DNA of 64,000 nt, taken from assembly GCA_002245135.1 (NCBI GenBank), contig NGBS01000327.1:1-64000 (forward strand), in the 5' to 3' direction. The stretch is from Proteromonas lacertae (Eukaryota). The notes under the pieces were generated by a model. That model was not told where the DNA came from and ran no database searches. It saw only the letters and a list, made by a program, of their open reading frames with translations. A program made the translations under genes and the position numbers. Positions within the stretch are counted from its first letter, which is position 1; every line of letters starts with the position of its first letter. Shown here piece by piece: positions 23,806 through 36,328 of the stretch.

Positions 23806-25749
23806 ATGTCATTTATACCTGTATTAACCAATATTAATATATCTAGGCAATAGATGAGATCAGCGTAAAAGAAGGTTGTGAATACTTTGATAATTGTGAT
23901 TGGAGAACAGCTGAAAGGTTGTATTTAAGTAGCTTACCAGCAAATGGGAGAGAAAATGAATGTAACCCAACTCATTTGTCTGATATATATTATTGTCTAT
24001 CATTCTGTTATGGTTTGAACAATAATTTAGAATATTCAGAAAAATATATATTGCAATGTTTAAAATACAACCCAATATCAATATATGGACTATTGTTGAA
24101 GGTAATATGTATGATTTCTAAAAGAAATGTATTTGATTGTTATTTTTTGTTATATTTAGTATGAACATATGGAGAAGATAATGAGTATAGTTGATGAAGA
24201 GAATAGTAAACTAGAAATGGATGTAATAGACATGTTACTGAATAAATGTACAATAGATATAATAAAAGGGATTATATGCAATATAAAAGGAAGTTATAAG
24301 AAATGTTTAAGTTATTGTGATGAGATAGATAACTGTATTACAAAAATTAATAAATATAAAAAGAATTATGAAAATATATTATATTTAAAAGAGTGTATAG
24401 ATGGTATAAATACCTTTAAAATGATTATTAAAGGAGATACTTATAAGCATTATGCGCATTATGATAATACATTTCCAAAAAGAAGTGTAGAAATATATAC
24501 TGAGATATTAAGAGATAGACCTTATTGGTGTAGAAATCGAATAGGAATTGGAATGGAATGGAAAAATCCTTCAAGATTTTATCAAATGGTTTGTTCTTTA
24601 CTTACCTTATTTAGAGTATTAAAAAATGGAATTATTAATTAAATAGAAAATACCTAATGGAATTAAGAGATACAAGAATCCAGAGTTATTAAATGTGTGT
24701 AAAGTAACAAATGAATTATTAATAAGAAAACAGCTTGATTTTAATAAAAAGATAATAAATGATTTTGAAAAGAAGAATGATATGTCACAAAATGTAATTG
24801 ATGAAGATAAAAGTGATGATGATGATGATGAAATTGATAATAATGCTAATCAAAAGAACGGCAAAACTGTTGAGGAAATAGAAAAAGATCCAGACACAAC
24901 AAAGTTGCTATTTTCTACACTTAGTTTATCAATAAGAATGATGTATGATGGAATATATAGTAAATTGAAGGATTTTGTTGATATTAATGAAAAACTAATA
25001 CAATTGGAAAGACCTTACAGAAAATTACCTAAAGATATAAAAACTATAGTCAATCTATGTAACAGATTTGCTACTATGAATTCATGTCAACAGAAGAGTT
25101 ATTTATATGATCGTTTGAAGAGAAATACAAATTTAAGAACTATATTGTTAGATTATATTCCATTTGGTCCACTTGTGCAATGTACTGAAAAATATCTTTT
25201 AAATCCAGAACGTATTACAAAGCAGCCAATACCCAATAATTGGATAGTTTTTTATATGCAACCTGTATATAATATAAATATATAATATAATACTATATTA
25301 TTTAGAAATATAAAAAGATGATTACTAATCCTGAAAGATTTTATAGGTTATTATGGAATGAGAAATATCCTGTGGAAGAGATTAATATGCCATATATCCT
25401 TTTTTAATGGTTATTAATTCTCATTATGAATATCTTTAATCACTTTTCTACTAGTTAGAGAAGATATGATGAATATCTATTGGGATTTTTTTGGCTATGG
25501 AGCAATACCTACTCAGAATGGTGTAGAAATATTAGGTCATAAGAAGAAAGTAAAACCACCACCTCCACCACCAAGTCCACCTTCTCCACCATCTCCACCA
25601 CCAGCAAGACCTTCTTCTCCTATATCAAAACTAAAATTCATAACATATCCAATGCAATCATGCTTATATTCATTAGAAGATGAATGGAATAGAATCCCAA
25701 ATACATATAAATCAAGACATAAAGAAATAGAAGATTTATTATGTATGAT

Positions 25750-25789
<40 letters not shown>

Positions 25790-26489
25790 TCATATAAACA
25801 ATGATGAAATAACATCATTTAGTGATGTAAATAGATTAAGAGAATTAATGGGATATGAAGAAATTGATTTTGAAAGTAGTATAAAGAATAAAAGGGATGG
25901 AACAATAGTACAATCTCCCTATAAATTCACATATTTATCAAATGAAATAATACCGATGAAAGAGCATATTGAACATAAAACAGGATATGGTGTAAGGTTA
26001 ATAGATGTTCCAAAACCAATGTTTTGTAATAATAACAGTGAAGATAAAAATGATGATATTTATCAATTTAAAGAATTAAGTAATAATTTAATACCTTATA
26101 TGAATAGAACCTATTCACCAATAGAAATAAAAAGAACAAATAATTTGAAGTCTTTTAAACCAATTAAAGCAAAAGCTCCAAAATTAGGATTAAGGACAAA
26201 ATCATATATACCAACAGATTTAGAAATAGAATTAGCTAGAGAATACGAGTTTTATAGTGATCCAATATCTGTGGCTTTAAGGAATAGTATAAAACCCAAA
26301 CAACCTAAGAAGAAATTGAAAAGAAAAATGGATCCTTTTCCTAATAGTCATAGATATATTCGTGATTATTATGATACACCTTCAGATCAATCATATCAAA
26401 CTAAAACTATGACTATTTCAATCAAAAAACAGACTAGATCAGATTTAATTCGAGGAAGTAGAATAGAGCAATACAAAAATATGAAGTAA
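23806..26489 (+). CDS. Large multi-exon hypothetical protein (helical N-terminus, Pro-rich segment)
   Basis: Consecutive ORFs joined by short introns, including AT-AC intron 25394-25451. Confidence 0.6.
25394..25451 (+). other. U12-type AT-AC intron (58 nt)
   Basis: Starts ATATCCTTTT (U12 consensus), branch-like TCTTTAAT, ends TTCTAC. Splicing joins INMP-LVREDMM in frame with ORF 25466. Confidence 0.88.
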
Positions 26490-26761
26490 GTTAATTTAAA
26501 TCTTAAATATTCATTCGTTTATTTATTTTATTAATGTTTGTGATGTTTTTTATTTTAACAATCATTTCTTCATAATGATATGGATTTTATAGTCTAAAAG
26601 CACATTGAATGCATTAGTTATATTGCACATATTATATACTAACCTTTAACATATATACATATGTTATATATGTGTGTAACAGTTATTATCATATCAACCA
26701 ATCATTAGCAAGTTTCTAGAATATTCGTTTCATTAAATCTTTAAAATCCAACTCAAACACA

Positions 26762-27356
26762 ATGGTATGATTATTATTTTTGGAGATTATTAATTATTAT
26801 TATAGCCAAAACCAATGGAAATGAAATGGGCTGAAAAATCAAGTGGTGTCTCATTTAATGAAAGTGGCAAACATTGTACCAGAGATACTGAAGGTAGTTT
26901 CGAAGTATATATAAAAGATTCTATTTCATAGCATGCTGTATGTGACTTAGGCTTTACTTATGGTCATTTTAAATGGACCTTTACAGTTAAGAAGACAACA
27001 TCAGGTACTCTCATTGGTGTTACAACCAAGCCATGCAAGAAGTCATCATTTACTGAACCAAACTACACTTTATGGAATTGTTACAATGGTGAGTTATATA
27101 TAAATGGAAAACGTACTAAAGTCATTGAAAAAGTAAAACCAGGTGATAAAATCACATTTGCTTACGATGGCACTCGTGGAAACATGGTTTTATAGTATAT
27201 TTATTGATTGTTATATAATAACATAATAGTAAGAACGGAAAGCAATGTTCTGATGGTTTTCAAGGTATTCGTGATAAGATTTTCCCATGTGTATGCTTCT
27301 ATGGACCAGGTGATACTAAACCAACAGTAGAAATCTTAGGTTGTGAACAAGAATAA
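26762..27356 (+). CDS. Small stand-alone SPRY/B30.2-like domain protein (4 exons; absent from ORF track)
   Basis: Spliced translation gives GFTYGHFKWTFTV...LIGVT...VKPGDKITFAYDGTRGNMVLYKNGK...IFPCVCF. Confidence 0.75.
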
Positions 27357-27512
27357 GTAAAGTGAATAATAATGTATATTAAAAATATAAACAGTAGTAA
27401 ATTCATCTTCATTTATGTAATTTATGTTTGTTTTAGTTCATCACCACAAAAATACATCAATAATTAATAAATGGAAGTAGACATTTATATGTCTTATATC
27501 ATTACCTCATTT

Positions 27513-28726
27513 CTATGAAAATCCTCCCATACCTGCCATCATTGATGTAAATATATTTTGATGTGGAGATGAGAATTTTTCATTCCTTTTCTTCTCTTCT
27601 TCAAATTCATTATGTGCAATTAATTCTGTACTAAGAATGTCATCGATATTATTCTTAATTTTTAAATATTCATTACTATCTCCACTAATTTCTTTCTTTA
27701 TTGGGATTAATACATCATCTAACTCAATTTCATAAAATTTAATAAACTCATGCTCAATAGTGAATGAAATCATATTATTAGCTTTCATATAATCTAACTC
27801 CTTGTTGAATAATTCAGGATTAACTCCAATTCTATCTAAAAATGTTCTTATTCTCATAGAAACAAAGCAATAACTGCAATGCAATATACAATCAATGATA
27901 TATCTTTCCTCTAATATATATTTAAATAGTATGTCTAATATCTCCTCATTTCCACTTACAGATTTGCTTATTGCTACTATATCTGATTGCAACATATCCA
28001 TATTATCTAGATTAATAACATGATTCTCATAACTTTCACAAAACTCTAAGATGTTTTCATTCTTTTCATTTAACTCTGTTGTTAATTGTTTAGTTAAAAA
28101 ATGAGGAGGAGATTTAGCCTTTCCAAACATACATATATTCATTAATACAAATAACTGATACACACTGTTGTAATCTTCTGATACTTTTTCATCTGATGAG
28201 ATACATGCAAAATATGCCAAAATATATTCATATGCTAATTGATAATCACCATGGATAATACACAATTTGAAGCATAATAAGTAGATCTTTTGATTAACAA
28301 TAACTGGTACTTCAATGTCAGCATTGAATGAAACAGTCTTGATAAATCGATATGGTACATTTAAATATTTTAAATCGAAACATGACTGTAGATAACTCAA
28401 TATAACATCGTTAATGGGTAATGACCATTCACCATCTTTTGATTTAGCATCTAAATACTCAGTAATAAAACCAAGGTATAATTTAACCAATTCAATGCTA
28501 TGAGCTGTAAAAAAGAATAATTATACTATTTCTCTAAATTATTATTACATAAAAACAGAAAGTACTTGCTAAATACATTCTTAAATTCATCATTTTCAAA
28601 TAACTTTACTTTATCAATATTTTCATCGCCAACAAAGTTAATTAATTTTTCAACCTCATGTATGGTAATCTGTGATGTAGTAAAGTCCAATCTTTCTTGT
28701 TTCTTGTAATAATTACTCGCACTCAT
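27513..28726 (-). CDS. Hypothetical protein, possible PCI-domain (COP9/proteasome/eIF3) subunit
   Basis: Two exons. Helical body and C-terminal winged-helix-like CFVSMRIRTFLDRIGV...ELDYMKANNMISFTI. Confidence 0.45.
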
Positions 28727-28794
28727 AGCAAAAATTGAAAAGATAAAATAGTTTCAAACCTAGGCTCGGCTCATGTCACAAGCCTTAATCAAAC

Positions 28795-29548
28795 ATGGCT
28801 GAATATGATAAAATAAACGAGAAAATAGCAGCAGAAACAGCTATTGGAGATTCTATAGAAGATTTAGAAGAAAATGAGCCAAAAAATACAACTCCAAGAG
28901 ATGTTATGTTGTGTGGACGTAGAATTGCACAAACTGGTATATTTTAAATAACTGTTCGTAAATTAAATTATTCAGGTGGCTATCTTGGTAACAGTATTTT
29001 TGCTTCATGGTGATCCAAATTGTCACATTCCTCCTAATGTGTTGATGGTTGGTCCACATTGGCGTATTATGTTTATAACAATTGCTATTATATCGGCTGT
29101 TAATTTTATCATAATTGGAATATGGTATGATGTTAATTCACTTACTTTCTATAGTGCCAAACGTTGGTCTGTTATTTTTACAATTATTGGATGGATTATG
29201 TGTATGTTAGCCTATTTATTGGTTGGATGTAGTAATCCAGGATACATATACAATTTAATGACTGAAGATGAAGCAAAAACAAGATTCCCACATAAACATT
29301 TACATAAATGCATGCGCTGTAATGCTTATGTTCCACCAAATTCATTTCATTGTTCATTTTGCAATGTTTGTGTAGAAAAGGTATGATTGTATTATTAGAT
29401 GTTGTTATTATAGTTGGATCATCATTGTCCGTGGGTAGGAAAATGTATAGGAAGATATAATCTCTATTTTTTCCATGGATTTATAGGTTTTTTACTTATT
29501 AATGTAATAATGATTTTTCTAACAGCTATTTTAATAGATCATATTTAA
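28795..29548 (+). CDS. DHHC palmitoyltransferase
   Basis: CSNPG, CMRC...HCSFCNVCVEK|LDHHCPWVGKCIG across an intron; TM helices. Confidence 0.92.
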
Positions 29549-29672
29549 TTTTTTACTTTTACTCTTTGAAATAGTTTGTTATGCATTTTCATTTTCTCCC
29601 TCATAAAACAAAACAAATTTGTTAATCTTGTATTGTGCGGTTAACTCTTAAACAAGATTAAATGTACTTAGT

Positions 29673-30836
29673 TTACCAGTCTTCATCATCACCGAATAAA
29701 CCACCAACATTTCCAGTTTCTTCTTCCTCTTCTTCTTCTTTCTTCTCTTCTTTCTTATCAGTCAGCAGCAGCACCACCAGCAGCTGGAGCAGCTACAGCG
29801 AATGCAGATGGATTAGCTAAATAGTTAAGATATGGTTCAGCTTTTTCAAAAGTATAATCAACTTTTTCATCAGTGCAAATACCAACTAACATTTTAAAGG
29901 CATTGTTCAAACTGTGTGGTAATGAAGCTAATGTTGGATAGTTAATTTCTAAACTTAAAGCAGCTACAGTTCTCATAGATTGTAAGAAGAATCCTTTAAT
30001 ATCATCTGGTGTTAAATCTAACACTGCTGGATCAAATAATGAACCGTTATCATATACTTGAAGAATAGTCATACCATAGGTGAATGGATGAATATTCAAT
30101 TTATCTAATAAAGCAGCTTGACCTGGTAATACCTTTTCACCTTGTTTTACCAATAATACTGGTGAAATAATTTCAATTTGTGCCTTTTGAATCTTTAGTG
30201 GCAATGTTTAATGCTTGGAAGAATGAGGTTTGACCTGGATCACATCCAGTTGGACCTGGTGGTACCATAACATCACATGGAGCAATTGTACCTGTTCTTG
30301 CTGGGGCTGGTTTCTATAAATACATTATTAATATATAAGAATATTTCATAATATATATATATAATAATCAGAGCTTCTTAAAAGGACATAGATTTTTATA
30401 TATGCTCATCTTTATTCACTTTAAAAAAATCATCATGTTATTATTTATATTATATATATATATATATATATATACCTTGTTAGCAAGAATAATTTCTCTG
30501 ATCTTTGATAAATCTCCTTTACAGAATACTAAACCAATGTTTCCTACAAGGTGATGAGCTAAATGCTCTAATGGATGAGCAGTGTGGGTTTCATTTTCCT
30601 TTTCTTTTAAGTAATCGTGTAATACTTTTCTCATTAAAGTCTATATATTAAATTATATTATTATATACGTTCTTTCCCATAAGAATAAGAGCTTCACCTC
30701 TTAAAGCTTTTCTGATTTCTTGTAATTGTTGAGAACCTACATTATCAATACCGCAGATGAGGATTCTGTTGTATTCATCGAAGTATTGTCTAAGATCCTT
30801 GTGATACTTTTCTTTTCTTTCAGTAGATAATGGCAT
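29673..30836 (-). CDS. RPLP0: 60S acidic ribosomal protein P0 (uL10); two apparent 1-nt insertions
   Basis: [41 protein letters not shown], acidic C-terminus ending [10 protein letters not shown]; frameshifts near 30195 and 29761. Confidence 0.95.
30361..30443 (-). ncRNA. Intronic C/D box snoRNA, U61/SNORD61-like
   Basis: Inside the ~160-nt RPLP0 intron: box C ATGATGA (30436-30430), box D CTGA (30371-30368), terminal ATAATAA/TTATTAT stem, guide GTCCTTTTAAGAAG complementary to conserved 18S CUUCUUAGAGGGAC. Confidence 0.85.
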
Positions 30837-31714
30837 CTAAGAAATAAATATAATAAAAATGAATTTATACTGTTTATGGCGATTAAAGCTAAAAGTAATT
30901 TAACCTTGAAAAGGAGCCTTTGCTTTTAATCTTATTTAACCGCTATAGATAAATTAAAAATCACAAGAATCATTAAATAGATAGTATTAGGTTCATTAGA
31001 ATTGCACAAGATATTCATAAGAAAAACAAAAAACAAATAAAAATGAATAGATGAGTTAAAAAATGAAATGCAAAAGAAGAAATATAATTCATACCAAAAG
31101 TTATTAAAAATTTCTTTGATAATCAAGAGAATTTTTTATTTTATCTAATAGTTCATCATAGATTCATTTATATTTGTTGCTGTTGTAAATACATCAATTA
31201 TCAACATTAACATTATCTCTTCACAGAATATAAATAGAATATAAGTGAGATTATAACATTGTTTCTTGTCAAAATGTAGTATATATCTAATATATCTCTA
31301 AAATATTGCTTGTAAATTCTGAAATTAATGAAATCTAGGTGATTATAAACAAAATTGAGTATTTATGTTTATAAAGTGGTGTAATATTCACTTTCTTCTC
31401 ATATATATGAAAACTATTACTTCCATAATTTGTATTTATGATTTTTTCATACGCCTAATACAAAAAAGTCAAATGTCATTTCGTTCATTTGCTTAGCTGT
31501 CATAAATATTTATCACTATTTCAATTGTTACATGTGAAAAAAGTATTTTAAGAGTGAAAATGGATGATAAAAACATCGACTAACACTTCAAATAACTAAA
31601 ATGCCAAACTGCATTGAAAATTGTGATTTTTTTTTAATGTATTTCAATCATCTCTTACTTTAATTACCTAGAAATCATCTCAATTTCTTTAGTAAGTAAC
31701 TTTTCCTTTGTCCA

Positions 31715-33612
31715 ATGTCTTCTACAACCGATAGTGCTAAAAATCAATCATCTGATTTGCAAACCGAAGTATCAGATGAATTATATATTTTGTTTAGGTC
31801 AATAAATTATTCCAGAAGGATAATTTACAAAATGATATTGAATTGATTTCACATATAAATCCTGATATGACTATTCCTGTAAGTGCTATTGTTAGTCGAT
31901 TAGCAAATATATCCACCGATGAAAGTGCTATAATTTCAATTTTAGAGAAGTGTATACTATGTGATTTAGTAAACAATAATACAATTGTGAAAGTGAAGGT
32001 ATTAATACTGTTCTATTTATTATAATAGTTGGAAAGAAGAACAGTTATATTAAGAGAAGTTAGTGAAAATGCAACTGAAGAACAGATTAGATCATTATTC
32101 ACTGATGCTTCATGTGGAGTAGTTGAATTAGTTGAAAAAGAGGTTGCCAACTCATGGTATATATTATTTTCATGTTGCTTATATAATATAGGTTTGTTAC
32201 CTTCGATACTGAAGAACATGCAAGATCAGCAGCTTTACAAGCGATGAAGAAAGAAATAGATGGTAAAAAAGTTCATGCTAGACTACGAACAGAAACACTT
32301 GTTTTAAATACACCATCTACCTATATTCCTCCAGCACCAACATCAACATCACCAAATCCATTATCCAGCAATCCATCCACTTCAAATGAAGAGAATATGG
32401 ATTATTACTATAATAATTACAATTTTTATGGTGTTAATGGTTATGATATGAACAGTATTCCTTTAGAAGGATTAGATGCTACATCATTTTTACCTGAAAA
32501 CCTTCGAAAGAACAATTATAGAAATAGTAATGGAGGTGGTAGAGGAGGAATGAGAAAAGATGGTCGTGGTAATGATAGAGGTAGTAAAGGTGGTAGAGGT
32601 AATAACAATAATGGAAGGAGAGGTGATAGCCGTGGTAATGATAGAAATAATAGATCTAAAAGAAATGATATAGGTGGAAGTAGTAGATATAGAGATGATT
32701 GGAGATCTAGACCATCATCATCATCAGGTAGAATGTATAATGATATGACAGTAAGTAATAATACTAGCACAACTTCTGATCCATTAAATTTCCCACCATT
32801 AGCAATGGATGATGTTGATAGTGGATATCATGAACCTTATATTTCATATACTGAAGATGAGATAATTAGTATTGTTAAGAATTATACTAATTTCTCATTA
32901 CCAAGTAGTTTAGAAGAAGGTGATCATAGTGCAGCTGTATATATAATATATATATATATATATATATTGTTATTATAAATAGATTGGAAAAACACCAAAT
33001 GGTAATTTAGTAAAGAATCAGAGATCTATGTCAATTGATCAAGCTCTTGAACATGGAAGACCATTTAGATTTGCATCTGTTGATTCTACTGATTATAATG
33101 TAATGTTGTTTGGTGGAGATTCATCAGAAACTGAAAAGTTATCACCATCAATAAAACCAATGAATTCAAAACCAATTCCACCGATTTCAAGTAACCCAAA
33201 AGGATATGCAGCTGTAGTTAAAAATGGAAAACCAGAAGTAGCATCACCACCATCAACAACAACAACAACACAATCATCAAATACAACAAGTGCTAAAACA
33301 GATTCAGGACATTCAGAATCAAATAATAAATTTAAGAATGAAAGATCTGGTCAAAGAAGAAAATCGAGAGATAAGAAGGATAAAACTAAAAGAGGTACAT
33401 CAAATGGAAATAGTATAAATTGGACTTATCATTCAAGTCAAGACAAATCCAGTAAAGATAATGGTAATTCATGGGCAGCTATTGTTACTAAACCAAAGAA
33501 TGAAGTTCCACCACCACTACCACCAACAGCTTCATCAGCAAAATCACCTTCCAAATCAGAACAACCAAACAAAAGTGATGATAAAACAATAAGTGAGGAG
33601 AATAAATCATAA
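31715..33612 (+). CDS. La-related RNA-binding protein (LARP4-like: La motif + RRM, RGG and low-complexity tail)
   Basis: LFQKDNLQNDIELISHINPDMTIPV (La motif), RRTVILREVSENATEEQIRSLF...NSWFVTF (LARP4-type RRM), NFPPL motif. Confidence 0.75.
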
Positions 33613-33749
33613 GTCTGTGTTATTGTTGTTATTTTATTATTATTATTATTATTATTGACATTATAGTATTCTGTTTTGTTTTGATAATTCAAGAATAAAA
33701 TGTTCTAAAACGGTTATATTTTTGAAACATTCTATATTTGAAATATTCA

Positions 33750-35237
33750 ATGCTTGCTAACATATTTTCAGTCACAAAAAGGAAATCTGTGTATTATTGT
33801 TAATATTTATTTATTTAGAAAAATGGAAGAAGTAGAGATTGTAAATGAAAAGTATATACTAACAACTAAATTATTTCTAGGAATAACAATAAAAAGCCTA
33901 GCATTCTAGCTTTAGACATACAATTAATGGTAAAATTAGGAGAATTAAACCTAGATATGTTTAATAAATTATTAAGGAAGTATAATTCAGGTAAAAATAT
34001 TCCATCATATCTTAATGAACTAATGAACGATCTAATTGCAAAAATGATGGAATATTATAACCATTCTCAAGCTGATGTGGAGAAAGCTATTAAGTATGAA
34101 TATAAATCATATATTTAATAGCTTATTGATAAAAGTTCTTACTATGCCTATATATTCTGCAGTAAACTGTGAAGATTATGAAAACTGTCTAGGAATGGAT
34201 ATGAATCAATTTTCTCAAGAAAAATTAGAGGGTTGCAAATCTAAGATATGTGAAATTACAGATTTATACAATGAAAATAACAAAATTGATAAAAATGAAA
34301 TAATACAAACATACAATAATATTGAGAAAGATATTCTAGAATCAATAGATTCGTATAAATCATCTCTCAGAGAGAAAACAGAACAGATAGAGAAGGAAAA
34401 AAGTGAAAAGAATAATATAGTGAAAAATATAGCATCAAAGTATATTCTTTATTGTAAATATTAGTATAAATCTATCAAGTGATGATGGTTTGGAAGAGGA
34501 AGAAATAAAAACAAGGTTTAGAGAGAAGTGTATTTTGCTGGATGGATTATTGACATATTTATATACAGATAAAGGAATTGAATATCAAGTGCAATATAAT
34601 ACACAGTGTGACAAAATAAAAGAAGTTGAAAATGATATTAAGAATATAAACAATATGATTACATTATTTACAGATTTAACTAATATTCTAAATTGCATAA
34701 ATGATAAATCACTAAAACCAATGACCAATACTGTATAATTATTAATAATATTTACATATATATTATAATAATAGGAAAATAATAATAATAAGTACAAATC
34801 AACAATTACATCTATGATCAATAATATGTTTGGATATTTGAAAATACATTTCAAAGAAGTGGATGAGAAAATTGTATAATAAGCATTATATCTATAAATA
34901 TAGTCAAAATTAATTAAGAATAAAAATGAAATTGAATCAGAAATAGATAATTGTACATTATATCCTCCTAATTATCAATTGGAAATTAAATCTTGTAAAG
35001 AGAAAGAGAGAGACGTTGTATATAATCATATCTTAGTTATAATATAATATGATATAGCTTATAAAAGCAATAAATGAATATCAGAATATACTTAAAGTAG
35101 AACTTATATCATGCGAGAATATAATTAATAATCTTCCAATAGCAGTAGATATAAATTCAAGTTTTTCAAATGAAATGATGAAGTTGGACAATATCAATGA
35201 AGATATAAAAACAATAATTAACGGAATTATTAAATAA
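33750..35237 (+). CDS. Multi-exon hypothetical coiled-coil protein
   Basis: ORFs 33927-34738 linked by short GT-AG introns. Confidence 0.6.
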
Positions 35238-35282
35238 TATGATTATTAATTGATATTTATTTATAAAAACATGATAAAAAAC

Positions 35283-36328
35283 CAGGGTTGTATTTATCGG
35301 TTACCGACGGAGATAGGTCAAAACCTATAGGTTTTGCCTTGAACGTCGGTCTGTCAAGCCTTACAAGCCGAATATTATAAAATCTATTTTAATTCATTAT
35401 ATACTAATTTTCCCTTCATAAAAACTATCTTATAATATATTTTAATACTTGATTCATATATTTTCAATCCAATTAAATAATTTTTAACTTTTTATAAAGA
35501 ATTACAATTTAATACTCAACAATAATTAGGTATTTTATATAATTATGTTCTTATTTATTTCTACTAATCATCAATTTCATTTGTAATCTATCACATGATA
35601 AATTTGATTTGGATAAGTTACTTATTTGTCCAGTATGTTTAAACTGTTCTTGGCAAGTATGTATACCCTAGGAAACTTGGACTTTAATGATAGCCAGATA
35701 TTTCCAATGGTTTCAGAGGTGCTGTAATGAATATCATATTGCAAATATTCTTGTACTTCATTTGGCATAATTAATCTCTTTCTTTTTACTGAAAATGCAT
35801 TTATCAAGGCTTTTTATCTTTAACATATTATACCAAAAGGTTTTGTAAAAGTTAAAATTAAGATGTTTAAGCATATTTGCCTCTTTTAAGGCAATAACTT
35901 CACGAGCCGCTCCAATTGGTAAAACTATACTCCTAGAATATATAATGATAGATTATATTAGATACATTTATGATAATTTTAAGAAATGATTAATGTCAAG
36001 CTAAAAGTTTGCCATTTTTTCTTTCAAATTTTTATAATCATTCTATACTTTATATTACATATATAACACAATAGAATAACTCATTGGTAAGGTTAGATTC
36101 AATTATGAAGAAAGAAAAAAGCGCATCGACCGACGGTTAATTCGGTATTTTATAGAATGATATATAGAGCTTGAATTCAATATGTACAGTTAGATAATAT
36201 TATTAATATCACATGTTTAGGAGGAGGTCAGCTAATAGTTACTACAGCCTGGTGTCGGTCAACATTTGTTTATTGACCTACGACCGATCGGTTTTCTCCG
36301 TCGGTCATGACCGATTTATACAACCCTG
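35283..36328. mobile_element. Non-autonomous hAT element (1046 bp)
   Basis: TIR CAGGGTTGTAT (11 bp perfect), perfect 8-bp TSD TAAAAAAC, CCGAC/TCGGT subterminal repeats, remnant hAT dimerisation-domain ORF (EVQEYL...WLSLKSKFPRVYILAK). Confidence 0.93.

Noticed and set aside
25757..25786. (TA)n tracts here and near 30450, 32940 and 51685
   Set aside because: Ordinary intronic microsatellites.
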